59,686 nt of DNA from Sulfurimonas sp. (GTDB taxonomy: Bacteria > Campylobacterota > Campylobacteria > Campylobacterales > Sulfurimonadaceae). The stretch lies in NCBI GenBank assembly GCA_024513425.1, contig JANEIH010000001.1:1-59686 (forward strand), written 5' to 3'. Made by a program: the position numbers and the translations under genes. Under the pieces are notes generated by a model, which was not told where the DNA came from, searched no databases, and saw only the letters and a list, made by a program, of their open reading frames with translations. Position 1 is the stretch's first letter. The number at the start of each line of letters is the position of its first letter. This document shows, piece after piece, positions 42,882 through 52,639 of this stretch.

Positions 42882-43258
42882 TGAATGTTAAAAAAGGTGT
42901 TTTTCTAGGTGCTATATTTGCGTTTTTCATACTTGGGTTTGTTGCTATACAAAAAGCGACACCAAATAAGAAAGAGGCAAGGATTTATAAAGAGATCAAA
43001 GTGTATAGTCCCTATAAGTTTGAAAAAAGAATGGGTGGACTTACAATTTTAAATGTAAAGACAGGTGAAAAAGAGAAGCCAAACGCTGCAGATGCTCTTT
43101 ATAGAATGGATGATCTAGATCAACAGTGGGGTAAAGAGCATTTAAGAGTAGAAGGAAGCGAGGTGGTCGTAACGGGAGAGAGTAATCAGACCGTTACAAA
43201 AATCTTTATTCAAACAAAAAAAGAGAGAGAGTGGCTACATAGTTTTTTTGGTATATAG
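42881..43258 (+). CDS. Membrane-anchored hypothetical protein
   Basis: N-terminal TM; TAATG overlap with the sirC-like gene. Confidence 0.8.
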   Translation: MNVKKGVFLGAIFAFFILGFVAIQKATPNKKEARIYKEIKVYSPYKFEKRMGGLTILNVKTGEKEKPNAADALYRMDDLDQQWGKEHLRVEGSEVVVTGESNQTVTKIFIQTKKEREWLHSFFGI

Positions 43259-43273
43259 CTCTCAGAGTGTCAT

Positions 43274-44167
43274 CTAGGAGAGCATATCATACGCCTCCTC
43301 AATAGTTGACGCATTTTGTGTTACAAAAAGATAAACGGCAGCATTTAAGCGTGCTAGCTTTAAGAGTTCATCAGATGGATTGCATAACTGTTGAGTTGAC
43401 TCTTCTAAAGATATTTTATCCCATGATTTTTTATAGCGTATGCCAAAATATTCAGGGTCAACAATATACTCTTGAATATCTCCATTCTCAACCATCCATA
43501 GACGACTTTTAGAGAAGAGTTCAGGTGTCCCCTCATTCCCTTGAATGAGTGCAAATTTTTTATATCTGTTAGAAAAAATCTCTGCATATTTTTCTACATA
43601 AGGTTTATGAAAAATTCCTGTAATTGCATATCTGCTTTTTGCAACTCCCGAGAGCTTCTCAATTGTATTAAATCCACTTCGCAAACCAAGCCTGTTTCTT
43701 ATCTCTGTGAGTTTATGAAGTTTGTTAAAAAACTCCTTTCTGTCAAAATAGTGCACATTGGGATGCAGAGTGATTTGCGAGACTATCTCTTTAGTTGTCA
43801 CGCCATCTTTAGCAGGCTGTTTTTTATCACCAATAATGATAAGTTTTAGATCTTGTTTCTCAAGTGCTTTGGCTACTAATGGAAAAATATAGGGATTTTT
43901 GGCTTTTCCATCAAAAGGGTAACCAAGTTCAAGAGAGTTTTTTACTTCAAATTTTGTAATATGTTCATCACAGGCAGCAATCACACCACGAAACTCTTCT
44001 GTTGTTTCCGGTTTGAGCCTCCATCCAAGTAAAAAAGCCGCAATTTGCTCACTCGGAACACTTTGGTCTAAAACCTGTTGCATCATATCTTTTGCTTCAT
44101 CGAAACTAAGATCTCGATTTCCTTTTAGACCTGTGCCGACAGCGTGTATATATTTGAAAAAATCCAT
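43274..44167 (-). CDS. YbiB/TrpD2-like glycosyltransferase family 3 protein
   Basis: VGTGLKGNRDL, QIAAFLLGWRLKPET, LGLRS, IFHKPY, GNEG. Confidence 0.85.
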   Translation of the reverse strand: MDFFKYIHAVGTGLKGNRDLSFDEAKDMMQQVLDQSVPSEQIAAFLLGWRLKPETTEEFRGVIAACDEHITKFEVKNSLELGYPFDGKAKNPYIFPLVAKALEKQDLKLIIIGDKKQPAKDGVTTKEIVSQITLHPNVHYFDRKEFFNKLHKLTEIRNRLGLRSGFNTIEKLSGVAKSRYAITGIFHKPYVEKYAEIFSNRYKKFALIQGNEGTPELFSKSRLWMVENGDIQEYIVDPEYFGIRYKKSWDKISLEESTQQLCNPSDELLKLARLNAAVYLFVTQNASTIEEAYDMLS

Positions 44168-44399
44168 GATTTTACCACCTCTATCTATTAATAGACAGGA
44201 GCTTATAATTCAAGTTTATCCTTGATTATATTCTCTAATTTGCCATCATATGGCGACATATGAAAGTACTCTTTTAAAAACTCAATTGTTACGGCTTTTG
44301 TTTTACCATTTTCTGTTTTTTTGACTCTTAAACAAGTTAAGAATCTCTTAGTATGATATAATAATAAGTATAAAAAAAATTTGAATTGAATGGATTTTA

Positions 44400-44594
44400 A
44401 TGGATTTGCAAGATATAGTCATTATTTTAGTTATGACATTTCCGATGCTTTTATTTAGTATCTATCCGGGAATAAAAGCAAGTGAATATTTGGAGAAAAA
44501 ATATAATATCGATGAGTCAAAAAAAAGAGTTGTAATGGTCTCGGTAACATTTCTATTTGCTTTGACGCTATCGCTGTTTCTTTCCTATATTTAG
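44400..44594 (+). CDS. Small 2-TM hypothetical protein
   Basis: 64 aa with two hydrophobic helices. Confidence 0.7.
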   Translation: MDLQDIVIILVMTFPMLLFSIYPGIKASEYLEKKYNIDESKKRVVMVSVTFLFALTLSLFLSYI

Positions 44595-44604
44595 GGGTTT
44601 GTGT

Positions 44605-45207
44605 ATGAAAATTTTATTAGTGCTTGCAGCTATAATTTCTCTCTATGCTTCAACACAAGAAGCATTGCAGGCATATAAAAATCAAGAGTATAAAAAAGCA
44701 TTTAGACTCTATATAGAGTCTGCTAAGAGAGGTGATATAGCCGCACAAAATGCAGTGAGTTACCTTTACTTTAATGGTATTGGCACGCAAAAAAGTCAGC
44801 AAAAAGGACTCAAATGGTTACAAATGGCCGCGGAGAGTAGCGATAAAAGGGCTTGTTTTGATTTGGGGATGATGTATCTCTCGGGTGTAAATATAAAAAA
44901 GGATTTGCCAAAAGCAGCAAAGTATCTGCAAATCGCTTCTGAGAAAGGCAATAGTGATGCTACATACAATCTAGCACTTATGTACTATAACGGTGATGGT
45001 GTGAAACAGGATCTAAATAAAGCAACATCACTTTTAGAAAAAGCGGCAAAATCAGGACATATCGCTGCAAAACATAATATCGGAAGAGTCTATATGCAGA
45101 TATTAAATTTTAAAAAGGCAAAACAGTGGCTGCGTGAAAATGTAAAAGATGGAGATCTCGAAGCAGCCGATCTTTTAAAAGAGATAGAAGCTGCTAAAAA
45201 AGAGTAG
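44605..45207 (+). CDS. Secreted Sel1-repeat protein
   Basis: Signal peptide; repeated A..G...A...LG.MY..G.G pattern. Confidence 0.92.
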   Translation: MKILLVLAAIISLYASTQEALQAYKNQEYKKAFRLYIESAKRGDIAAQNAVSYLYFNGIGTQKSQQKGLKWLQMAAESSDKRACFDLGMMYLSGVNIKKDLPKAAKYLQIASEKGNSDATYNLALMYYNGDGVKQDLNKATSLLEKAAKSGHIAAKHNIGRVYMQILNFKKAKQWLRENVKDGDLEAADLLKEIEAAKKE

Positions 45208-45208
45208 T

Positions 45209-45946
45209 TTAGTTTTTTTCAAACCACTGCAGTTGTTCACGCAACTCAACAACATGCCCTACAATAATAAGTGCAGGAGTAAGGAGACCTTTTGCTCTTT
45301 GGACAATATTCTCCAATGTTCCAATCGCAACACTCTGCTCTTTTGTGGTACCGCGTGAGATAACAGCACATGGATAATCTTTTGGTTTTCCTATTTCTTG
45401 GAGTTTTGAAGAGATTTTTTCTAGATTATGAAGCCCCATTAAAAAGACAATTGTATCATCTGTCTTAAAGTTCTCCCATGGTATTTGTGATACCTCCTTG
45501 TTTGGAGACTCATGCCCTGTTACGACGCGAAAACTCACAGCAACACCACGATGGGTAACGGGTATTCCTGCATAAGCAGGAACACTCACGGCAGAGGTAA
45601 TACCAGGAATGATTTCAAATACAATACCTCTCTCTTGCAGATAGACTCCCTCTTCACCTCCGCGACCAAAAACAAAAGGATCTCCACCCTTAAGACGCAC
45701 TACAATATTATGCTTTAAGGCGTTTTGGTATATGACCTCATTTATCTCATCTTGAGGCAGAGTATGCCTGCCATCTTCTTTGCCGACATAGACAAATTCA
45801 CAACCACTCTTGGTCATTTCAAGTATCTTCGGATTTGCCAAACGATCGTAGATAATAACATCCGCCTGCGTGATGACACGGTGTGCTTTCATAGTTAAAA
45901 GTTCTGTGTCTCCCGGTCCGGCTCCGGTTAAATATACTTTGCTCAT
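45209..45946 (-). CDS. cobA: Uroporphyrinogen-III C-methyltransferase (NirE/CobA)
   Basis: GAGPGD, RLKGGDPFVFGRGGEE, GIPVTHR. Confidence 0.95.
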   Translation of the reverse strand: MSKVYLTGAGPGDTELLTMKAHRVITQADVIIYDRLANPKILEMTKSGCEFVYVGKEDGRHTLPQDEINEVIYQNALKHNIVVRLKGGDPFVFGRGGEEGVYLQERGIVFEIIPGITSAVSVPAYAGIPVTHRGVAVSFRVVTGHESPNKEVSQIPWENFKTDDTIVFLMGLHNLEKISSKLQEIGKPKDYPCAVISRGTTKEQSVAIGTLENIVQRAKGLLTPALIIVGHVVELREQLQWFEKN

Positions 45947-45949
45947 CTA

Positions 45950-47059
45950 CTATTTTCCTTCATAATCATATAAAAAGATACCCGAAGGTTTTTTAATAGT
46001 AAAAATCTCACGCTTAATCCACCATCCCTTTGTGTTGATGACAAGGAGTTTGTTTGCGTCATTGACAGAAACAAAAAGTTCTGGTTTGATATTAGACCAT
46101 CTTAAATGCAATACTTTACCATTAAATTTAAATCTTTTGATCACTTTAAGCGTTTTGGTATCTATGATCTGAATGACGGGAAACTTTTTACCGCTAAATG
46201 TTACTGCCAAATATTTTTTATCCGGAGAGAGTGCTGTAAAGACAGGAAGCCCTTCTGTTGCTATTGCCTTAATAAATTTAAAATCCGGTGTATATGCAAA
46301 CACCTTATTGTCACCGACTGCAGGAATGAAAATCTTGCCACCACCAATAGACCAAAAACCAAAGTGCGGTACTTTCAGCACCGGTTTTCTGTTATTGAGT
46401 TTGAGTTGATTTTTTTTAAACTGCATAGTTTTGAGATCAATTACACCAAACCATGGGCTTTTAAAGAAACCATTGATGTATTTATCGTCTGTGATCATTG
46501 CATCAAAAGGCATAATACCCACATCCTTGAACTCTTTGTAGCGTTTGAAATGAGGGAGTCCTTTTCCTGTATGTATATCTTTATATACGGCGATACTGTC
46601 TTTATCCATTTCAGAGAAGATTAAATAGTTTTTATAGATCTTAATGCCTACATTTCGAGAACCTGTTTTAAGCTTTTCTATAAGTTTTAAATCGTGTGTT
46701 AGTATATCGACACTTTTATCATCATAATTTGCAACAGCCACATAGTTTTTCGCAATAACGAAGCCAATAGCACTTTTGCTTGTTTTGTATTCTGTGATTT
46801 TCTTCTCTTTCATTGGGTCAAATTTCATAATATAACCATCACGAGAGATCAGATAGCCATCTTTGTTATAGAACTTCATAACGCCATGGTTCATATTGTG
46901 CATATGTAACATGTGATTTCTTGGAAGTCCATTTTCAATGACGGCAACAGAAGAACTCTCCCTTTCGATAATAAAGATCTTTTCATGTTTTATATTTGCA
47001 CTCAGAGGCACATACAATACTGTAACAGCAGTTATAAGGTAAATTACTTTTTTTAACAT
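45950..47059 (-). CDS. nirF: Heme d1 biosynthesis protein NirF (beta-propeller)
   Basis: IIERE, SRDG, VANY, PFDA, KVPH, GLPVF, LHL, KPSGIF. Confidence 0.88.
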   Translation of the reverse strand: MLKKVIYLITAVTVLYVPLSANIKHEKIFIIERESSSVAVIENGLPRNHMLHMHNMNHGVMKFYNKDGYLISRDGYIMKFDPMKEKKITEYKTSKSAIGFVIAKNYVAVANYDDKSVDILTHDLKLIEKLKTGSRNVGIKIYKNYLIFSEMDKDSIAVYKDIHTGKGLPHFKRYKEFKDVGIMPFDAMITDDKYINGFFKSPWFGVIDLKTMQFKKNQLKLNNRKPVLKVPHFGFWSIGGGKIFIPAVGDNKVFAYTPDFKFIKAIATEGLPVFTALSPDKKYLAVTFSGKKFPVIQIIDTKTLKVIKRFKFNGKVLHLRWSNIKPELFVSVNDANKLLVINTKGWWIKREIFTIKKPSGIFLYDYEGK

Positions 47060-47060
47060 C

Positions 47061-48182
47061 TTAAATAGTCTCTCTTTCTTCTTGAGTTAAATAACACGAT
47101 GGATCTTCACTCCAAAGATCACCTGTAATAGCATAGGATCTAGCACGGCTGCCACCATTGCAAATGTCTATTTGCTTGCATTTATGACAGATACCGTCGA
47201 TCTGCCTGCGTGGATGAATACGCAACCGATCAAGGAGTTCTCCGCCCTTCCAAATATCACCGAAGTTCTGTTTGATAATATTACCGACTGTAAAAGGAAA
47301 AAATGGATCAGGACGGAGATCACCTTCACTGTTAATGTTGAGGAGTTTGCGTCCTGCAGAGTTTCCACCCCATTTCACAAGTCTCTCTCGCATCTTTTCT
47401 TTGAGATGTGGATACTTCTGTGTAAATTTATTTAGTAATAAAATCGCATCCATCTCCATATTTCCTGTGACAATTTCAATATCTCGTCCCGTATCATAAT
47501 ACTCAAAAGCCTTGTTGAGTATAAACTCTACAGCCTCTCGCCTTTGTTCTTTTGAGAGATCCATTTTTAAGTTATCTAAACCACGACCGGAATAGACCAA
47601 GTGTGAAATGTAGATCTTTGGAATATTATGCTTCTCTGCCAGATCAAAAATATACTCCAAAGAGTCAATAGTATCTTTTGTTATTGTAAAGCGGATGCCA
47701 ACTTTAGCGCCTATTTCATTGGCTAAAAGCACAGCTTTGAGTGTCTCTTTAAAAGCACCTTTGAGCCCACGAAAATAGTCGTGTGTTGCTTCATCACCAT
47801 CGATGCTCACGCCAACATAGTTAAAAGTATCGGTAACTCTTTTTATATTGCTATGTGTAAAATAGAGTCCGTTACTTGAGAGATAGGTAATAATGCCGTT
47901 TTGCTTACAAAAATCAGCTATCTCAAAGAGGTCTTTTCTTGTAAGTGGTTCCCCTCCGGAAAAGATGATAAATCTTACACCATTGTCTTTCATCTCTAAG
48001 ATGGTTTTTTTGATCTGCTCGGTTGTGAGCGTATCTACTTCATTCAAGGTCGATTTTGAGTAGCAGTGCAGGCATGAGAGATTACAACGGTTTGTAAAAT
48101 TCCAAATAGCGATACTGCCATTAAGAGTTCTCTCTTTTTTATCTTCTATAACAGAAGCGATGAGATTTGATAATCTAAACAT
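47061..48182 (-). CDS. nirJ: Radical SAM/SPASM heme d1 biosynthesis protein
   Basis: MFRLS, WNFTNRCNLSCLHCY, YISHLVYSGRG, WGGNS, DPSCYL. Confidence 0.92.
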   Translation of the reverse strand: MFRLSNLIASVIEDKKERTLNGSIAIWNFTNRCNLSCLHCYSKSTLNEVDTLTTEQIKKTILEMKDNGVRFIIFSGGEPLTRKDLFEIADFCKQNGIITYLSSNGLYFTHSNIKRVTDTFNYVGVSIDGDEATHDYFRGLKGAFKETLKAVLLANEIGAKVGIRFTITKDTIDSLEYIFDLAEKHNIPKIYISHLVYSGRGLDNLKMDLSKEQRREAVEFILNKAFEYYDTGRDIEIVTGNMEMDAILLLNKFTQKYPHLKEKMRERLVKWGGNSAGRKLLNINSEGDLRPDPFFPFTVGNIIKQNFGDIWKGGELLDRLRIHPRRQIDGICHKCKQIDICNGGSRARSYAITGDLWSEDPSCYLTQEERETI

Positions 48183-48490
48183 TATTTTTTTCCTCTATAT
48201 GAGAGGATATAGTCACTAATAAGATTCAGCTCTTTAGTATTAAGATGCAGTTGTGTCATGACGGTTCTTTTGTAGCCAAAAGCTTTATACATCGACTTTG
48301 GGGAGACAATATAGGCTTTGATCTCAACCTTTGTTCGTTTGGCCGCTATTTGATTAAAAGGAGGGCCAAATGCCATAGCGGTTTGGTGATGACAACCCCA
48401 GCAATATGTTTGGAAAATTTTCTTTCCCGTAAGTGCATCTGCAAAAAGTGAAGTAGTGAGCAGTAGGAGTAAAATAGAAAATATTTTCAT
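48182..48490 (-). CDS. Small periplasmic monoheme cytochrome c (NirC/NirM-like)
   Basis: Signal peptide, CWGCH, distal Met; lies between nirS and nirJ. Confidence 0.88.
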   Translation of the reverse strand: MKIFSILLLLLTTSLFADALTGKKIFQTYCWGCHHQTAMAFGPPFNQIAAKRTKVEIKAYIVSPKSMYKAFGYKRTVMTQLHLNTKELNLISDYILSYRGKK

Positions 48491-48643
48491 TATGTTTCTT
48501 TTGTTGATTTAAGTAATATTCTAGCAAAACTAAGCTTGAAATATGCCTTAAATAAGCTGTAAAATAGGAATTTTACAAGGAGTGTGTATTTGAATATTTA
48601 TTGGAAAAAATTATAAAAATTAAAGTGTTCTTAATGAAGAAAG

Positions 48644-48663
48644 TCTCCCCAAAAAAGGGGAGA
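48644..48663 (-). terminator. Terminator after nirS
   Basis: TCTCCCC-A6-GGGGAGA hairpin just past the stop codon. Confidence 0.75.
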
Positions 48664-48674
48664 TAAGAGGGTGT

Positions 48675-50312
48675 TTATGCACCAGGAATTGATTGTCTAT
48701 GTTCAATAGAGTAAGTAAAAGTCGGTGTTGTTAAACCTTTGATATATTTAACAAACTTACCGGTTTTTGCTTCATAGACACCGATACGACCGGCATTCCA
48801 CTCAGAGATCATAGTCCAGTGACCATGATTTGCAGGTTCAGCATGTAAGATACGAGGAATTATAGCTTTACCTTTTTTGTCTTTAACTGTTGGTACTTTC
48901 CAGCTGTAAAGTACTTTATGTGTTACAGGATCTGTAACTGTACCTCTTTTCGTACCTACAGTGATGATTCTGTCTGTTTCTAGGGTTTGTTTGTTGATAA
49001 GATACATTTTGTTCCAGTTTGCAGGACCGCCAAGAACATTGTCAGACCAGATGAATGGTGTATGTTCACTTGTACCGACAAAGAGACCACCACCGGCAGT
49101 TCTTACATGTGCAACAACATCCCAGTTGCTATCCCAGATAACAACATCACCAACATTCATACTGTTTGTAGCATAAAGTTGACCATATCTGTCATTATAC
49201 CAACTTGATCCTTGACCTGGATGCGGCTTACTTCCTGGACCGGTATAGACTTTTGCAACTAAAGATTTCGTTTTAAAGTCAACGACACCCATTACATCAC
49301 TTCCTTGAGAAGCTTGCATTAAGTAGCGACCGATCTCTTTACCTTCATTTTCAAAACCATCGTGTAAGATTTTACCAATATTTGGAATATCTCCTACAAT
49401 TGGATAGTTTGGTTTAGAATAATCTATGATATATACATGCCCTGCATCTTTAAGAGCAAATGCAATGTATGGACCATATGGTGTGTCATAAACACCGGCA
49501 ACACGGCTTGAGCCGATATCTCCATCCATATTAATTACAGAAGATGTTGGATAGACTTTTAATGGCTCTAGCGTCATAGCGTTCATTAAAATTGCTCCGC
49601 CTGGAACATAGTTTCCAGCCATAAGATATTTACCATCTGGTGATACTGCAAGACCACGAGAATCGGAACCAACTTGGACTTCGGCAATTTTTTGTTGTCC
49701 ATGTGATGCAAGGTCAAACATTGTTACTAAACCTGAGCGAGAGATCGAGTAGGCATAGCGTGGCTGACGCTTATTTGTTACTGTTACATGAACAGCAAAT
49801 CCTGCAGGGTGTTTTGAAAGAATTTTACCATTTGTTCCATCAATAAAAACAACACGAGCAGCATCGCGTTCTGTAACGAAACAGATATCCGTAACATGTT
49901 TTACATCGACTGCACGTGGATATTTTTTCATTAATGCCATGCGGTCATTGAGTTTTTTCCATCCTTTTTTAACAGCACTTAAAGTAAGAACTTGAATTTT
50001 CTTCCCTTTAAAGTGTTGTAGATAGTCAATCATCTTCTGTGCATCTGCTTTATTCATTTTTTCAGCAAATGGAGGCATTGCAGTACCTTGGCGACCATTC
50101 AAGATAGTCGATACAAGCATATAGGAGTTTTTCTTTGCAATTTTTGCAGGACGCAAATCTGCTCCAACACCACCTTCATGGTTTGGACCATGACACCCTT
50201 GACACTCTTTTTCAAACATTTTTTCAACATTCATATTTGATGTGCCAGCGAATAGACCTGAACTTACAACTGCTAGAGCTGCAACGGATATTACTAATTT
50301 ATTTAATCTCAT
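48675..50312 (-). CDS. nirS: Cytochrome cd1 nitrite reductase
   Basis: Start at ATG 50312 (AAGGAG RBS, signal peptide MRLNKLVIS...); CQGCH, GTAMP, FAVH, ILHDG, PHPGQG. Confidence 0.95.
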   Translation of the reverse strand: MRLNKLVISVAALAVVSSGLFAGTSNMNVEKMFEKECQGCHGPNHEGGVGADLRPAKIAKKNSYMLVSTILNGRQGTAMPPFAEKMNKADAQKMIDYLQHFKGKKIQVLTLSAVKKGWKKLNDRMALMKKYPRAVDVKHVTDICFVTERDAARVVFIDGTNGKILSKHPAGFAVHVTVTNKRQPRYAYSISRSGLVTMFDLASHGQQKIAEVQVGSDSRGLAVSPDGKYLMAGNYVPGGAILMNAMTLEPLKVYPTSSVINMDGDIGSSRVAGVYDTPYGPYIAFALKDAGHVYIIDYSKPNYPIVGDIPNIGKILHDGFENEGKEIGRYLMQASQGSDVMGVVDFKTKSLVAKVYTGPGSKPHPGQGSSWYNDRYGQLYATNSMNVGDVVIWDSNWDVVAHVRTAGGGLFVGTSEHTPFIWSDNVLGGPANWNKMYLINKQTLETDRIITVGTKRGTVTDPVTHKVLYSWKVPTVKDKKGKAIIPRILHAEPANHGHWTMISEWNAGRIGVYEAKTGKFVKYIKGLTTPTFTYSIEHRQSIPGA

Positions 50313-50345
50313 TTTATTTCTCCTTCTAAAGTGAAGATTAGGCAT

Positions 50346-50364
50346 GGCTCCATCAAATGGAGCC
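50346..50364 (-). other. Intergenic hairpin between the nor genes and nirS (partial terminator or stability element)
   Basis: GGCTCCAT-CAA-ATGGAGCC, no strong U-tract. Confidence 0.6.
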
Positions 50365-50371
50365 CGCATAA

Positions 50372-50524
50372 CTAGTTTTCGTTCTCTAAACGTTTTTTCT
50401 CTTGAAAATAGATCCATATCATAGGTAAGATAATTACCGTATGAAGAAAAATCGTAAGCGTTAAAGGACCTTGGTTGAGCCAACCGAAAAAGCTTGGCAC
50501 AACATCTGTAAATGCTTCAAACAT
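50372..50524 (-). CDS. 50-aa single-TM protein directly after norB; not in ORF track
   Basis: AAGGAG RBS overlapping the norB stop; MFEAFTDVVPSFFGWLNQGPLTLTIFLHTVIILPMIWIYFQEKKRLENEN. Confidence 0.85.
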   Translation of the reverse strand: MFEAFTDVVPSFFGWLNQGPLTLTIFLHTVIILPMIWIYFQEKKRLENEN

Positions 50525-50533
50525 TTTATCTCC

Positions 50534-51958
50534 TTATCTTTCGTGAACTGGACTTTTACCAGTTGTAAGTAAATCTTTTGCTAAGAGCAGGAAACCTGAG
50601 AATGTAACAGCACCCAAAATAAGTCTCCAATCCATTGCCTGTGTAAACCATGAACCACTTTGACCGTCAAAGTATGCAGCCCATGTAGCACCCATTTGTG
50701 CACGAGATACCAATACTTGAACATAACCAGCGATTGTGAGCGCTACTGTCATACCGACGACACCACCTGTAACCATACTTACACCCCAAATAGAAGCTTT
50801 GGTATGTTTCATTATTTTAATACCATTTGTTCCTTGAACTGCAATATACATCATACCAATAAGAATCGTTGCATAGGCACCGAAGAACGCTAAGTGTCCG
50901 TGAGCTGAAGTAAACTGTGAACCGTGTGTATAGAGGTTTACCTGTGGTAGTGTATGGAAGAATCCCCAAATACCAGCACCCAAGAAGTTACCAAATGCAT
51001 TGAGCACAAACCAAGTAAATGCAGGTTTGTTTTTGATAACAGAAGCACTACTTCCTCGTGCCTCTTCTCCACCCTGCGTTTTACCCCAGTCGTAAAGAAC
51101 ATGGACAAACATCGCAACAAGCGGTAATGGCTCTAGTGCTGAGAACAATGCCCCAATTTCCCACCAATACTCAGGTGTGCCGATCCAGAAATAGTGGTGT
51201 CCAAGACCTAAGATACCAGAACCAAAGAGCATTGCAACCTCAATCCATAACCACATTTCAACAACTTTGCGGTGTGCACCGATCATAGTGATAAGACCAT
51301 AAGCCGCAATTGCACCGACAAAAACCTCCCAAGTAGCTTCAACCCATAAGTGGATTACCCACCACCACCAATACTGATCAACAGAAATGTTATCTGTAAA
51401 GAACATACCAGCTAAGTAGAGACCGGCAAACGCAATCATATCTGCCATAAGAACAGTAACAATCCCTGTTTGTTTACCTTTTATGCCCGTTAAGAAAAGA
51501 TTTGCAACAAAAGTAAGTGCTACAACAACGATACCCCAGTCAGCCCAGCGAGGTGCTTCGATATACTCACGCCCTTCTGTAATAAACCAGATTGTTGTTG
51601 CGTCTGCAGGACCAACTTGAACAAGAAGATATACAAGAACAACAACAACGATAGCTGCTACAAATACCCAATAAATAAGTTTACCGATTTTGATACCGAT
51701 AGTCTCAATTCCTGTTTCATCAGGAAGCAGCCAATAGACTGAACCAAACATTGCAAATACCATCCATACAACCAATGCATTGATGTGTAAGATTCTAGCA
51801 ATTGAAAAGTCTAGGATTTCATAAAGAAAACCAGGCATTACATATTGAATCGCTGCAACTAAACCAAAGAGCAATTGAGCTCCAAATAAAATAGCAGCAA
51901 AAGTAAAGTACCATGTTGCTAATTGTTTTGACTCTGATGTTAAATGATTATTTGCCAT
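50534..51958 (-). CDS. norB: Nitric oxide reductase large subunit (cNOR)
   Basis: ARILHIN, GREYIE, WWVIHLWVEATWE, GLGHHYFW, AHGHLAFFG; ATG at 51958. Confidence 0.97.
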   Translation of the reverse strand: MANNHLTSESKQLATWYFTFAAILFGAQLLFGLVAAIQYVMPGFLYEILDFSIARILHINALVVWMVFAMFGSVYWLLPDETGIETIGIKIGKLIYWVFVAAIVVVVLVYLLVQVGPADATTIWFITEGREYIEAPRWADWGIVVVALTFVANLFLTGIKGKQTGIVTVLMADMIAFAGLYLAGMFFTDNISVDQYWWWWVIHLWVEATWEVFVGAIAAYGLITMIGAHRKVVEMWLWIEVAMLFGSGILGLGHHYFWIGTPEYWWEIGALFSALEPLPLVAMFVHVLYDWGKTQGGEEARGSSASVIKNKPAFTWFVLNAFGNFLGAGIWGFFHTLPQVNLYTHGSQFTSAHGHLAFFGAYATILIGMMYIAVQGTNGIKIMKHTKASIWGVSMVTGGVVGMTVALTIAGYVQVLVSRAQMGATWAAYFDGQSGSWFTQAMDWRLILGAVTFSGFLLLAKDLLTTGKSPVHER

Positions 51959-52601
51959 TGATAGCTCCTTGCATATGTCCAAAGTTTCTTGGGAAACCAT
52001 TTGTATCTATTGATGACATATGTTTTAAAAATGCAACCAAACCTTTTGCCTCTTTAGCAGTAATACCTAAATCAGGCATCATTCGTGCATGTGTAGGGTA
52101 TCTGTCTGGATGTTGTAAGAATTCAGCCATTGCTTCTTCTTTTGTCTCTTTTGCGGTCAATGCTTGCATTGCACCATTTGGTCCCCACGCAGGATCTAGC
52201 CAAGCTTTTGTTAAATCCGGCGCATAATAAGCTCCATTTCCAAGAAGTGTATGACAATCCATACAGTTTTTAGCCTGTGAACCTAGTTTGCCTAAGTGAA
52301 GTAGAGCTCCAGCTTCTTCTTCTGACCAGTCATCACGACCAAAAAAATTCTCTTTTTCCCCGATTACCGGAACTTCATGACCGCGCTTCGCGTCCATTTC
52401 ATATGTAATCTTGTAATTAATAACAGTAGGTCCTGGAACCCTCTTTGTTACACCGTTTTTAAGATCTTCATCGTTACCCATAGCAATTTGAACTGATGTG
52501 TCAAATGTTAACCAAATAAGTAGTACCGATGCAAAACCTGTAACCCACGTTGCTGAACGCTGCCAGAAACGATTGTCACTCCATACAGATTTATTAGCCA
52601 C
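51948..52601 (-). CDS. norC: Nitric oxide reductase cytochrome c subunit
   Basis: N-terminal TM, CMDCHTLLGNGAYYAPDLT, RMMP, IDTNGFP. Confidence 0.96.
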   Translation of the reverse strand: MANKSVWSDNRFWQRSATWVTGFASVLLIWLTFDTSVQIAMGNDEDLKNGVTKRVPGPTVINYKITYEMDAKRGHEVPVIGEKENFFGRDDWSEEEAGALLHLGKLGSQAKNCMDCHTLLGNGAYYAPDLTKAWLDPAWGPNGAMQALTAKETKEEAMAEFLQHPDRYPTHARMMPDLGITAKEAKGLVAFLKHMSSIDTNGFPRNFGHMQGAINGK

Positions 52602-52639
52602 TGTATCCTCCTATAAATTATTGTCAAAATATATATTTA

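Noticed and set aside
50313-50483. 57-aa N-terminal extension of NirS in the ORF track
   Set aside because: RBS and signal peptide point to ATG 50312; the region holds a separate 50-aa ORF in another frame and a hairpin
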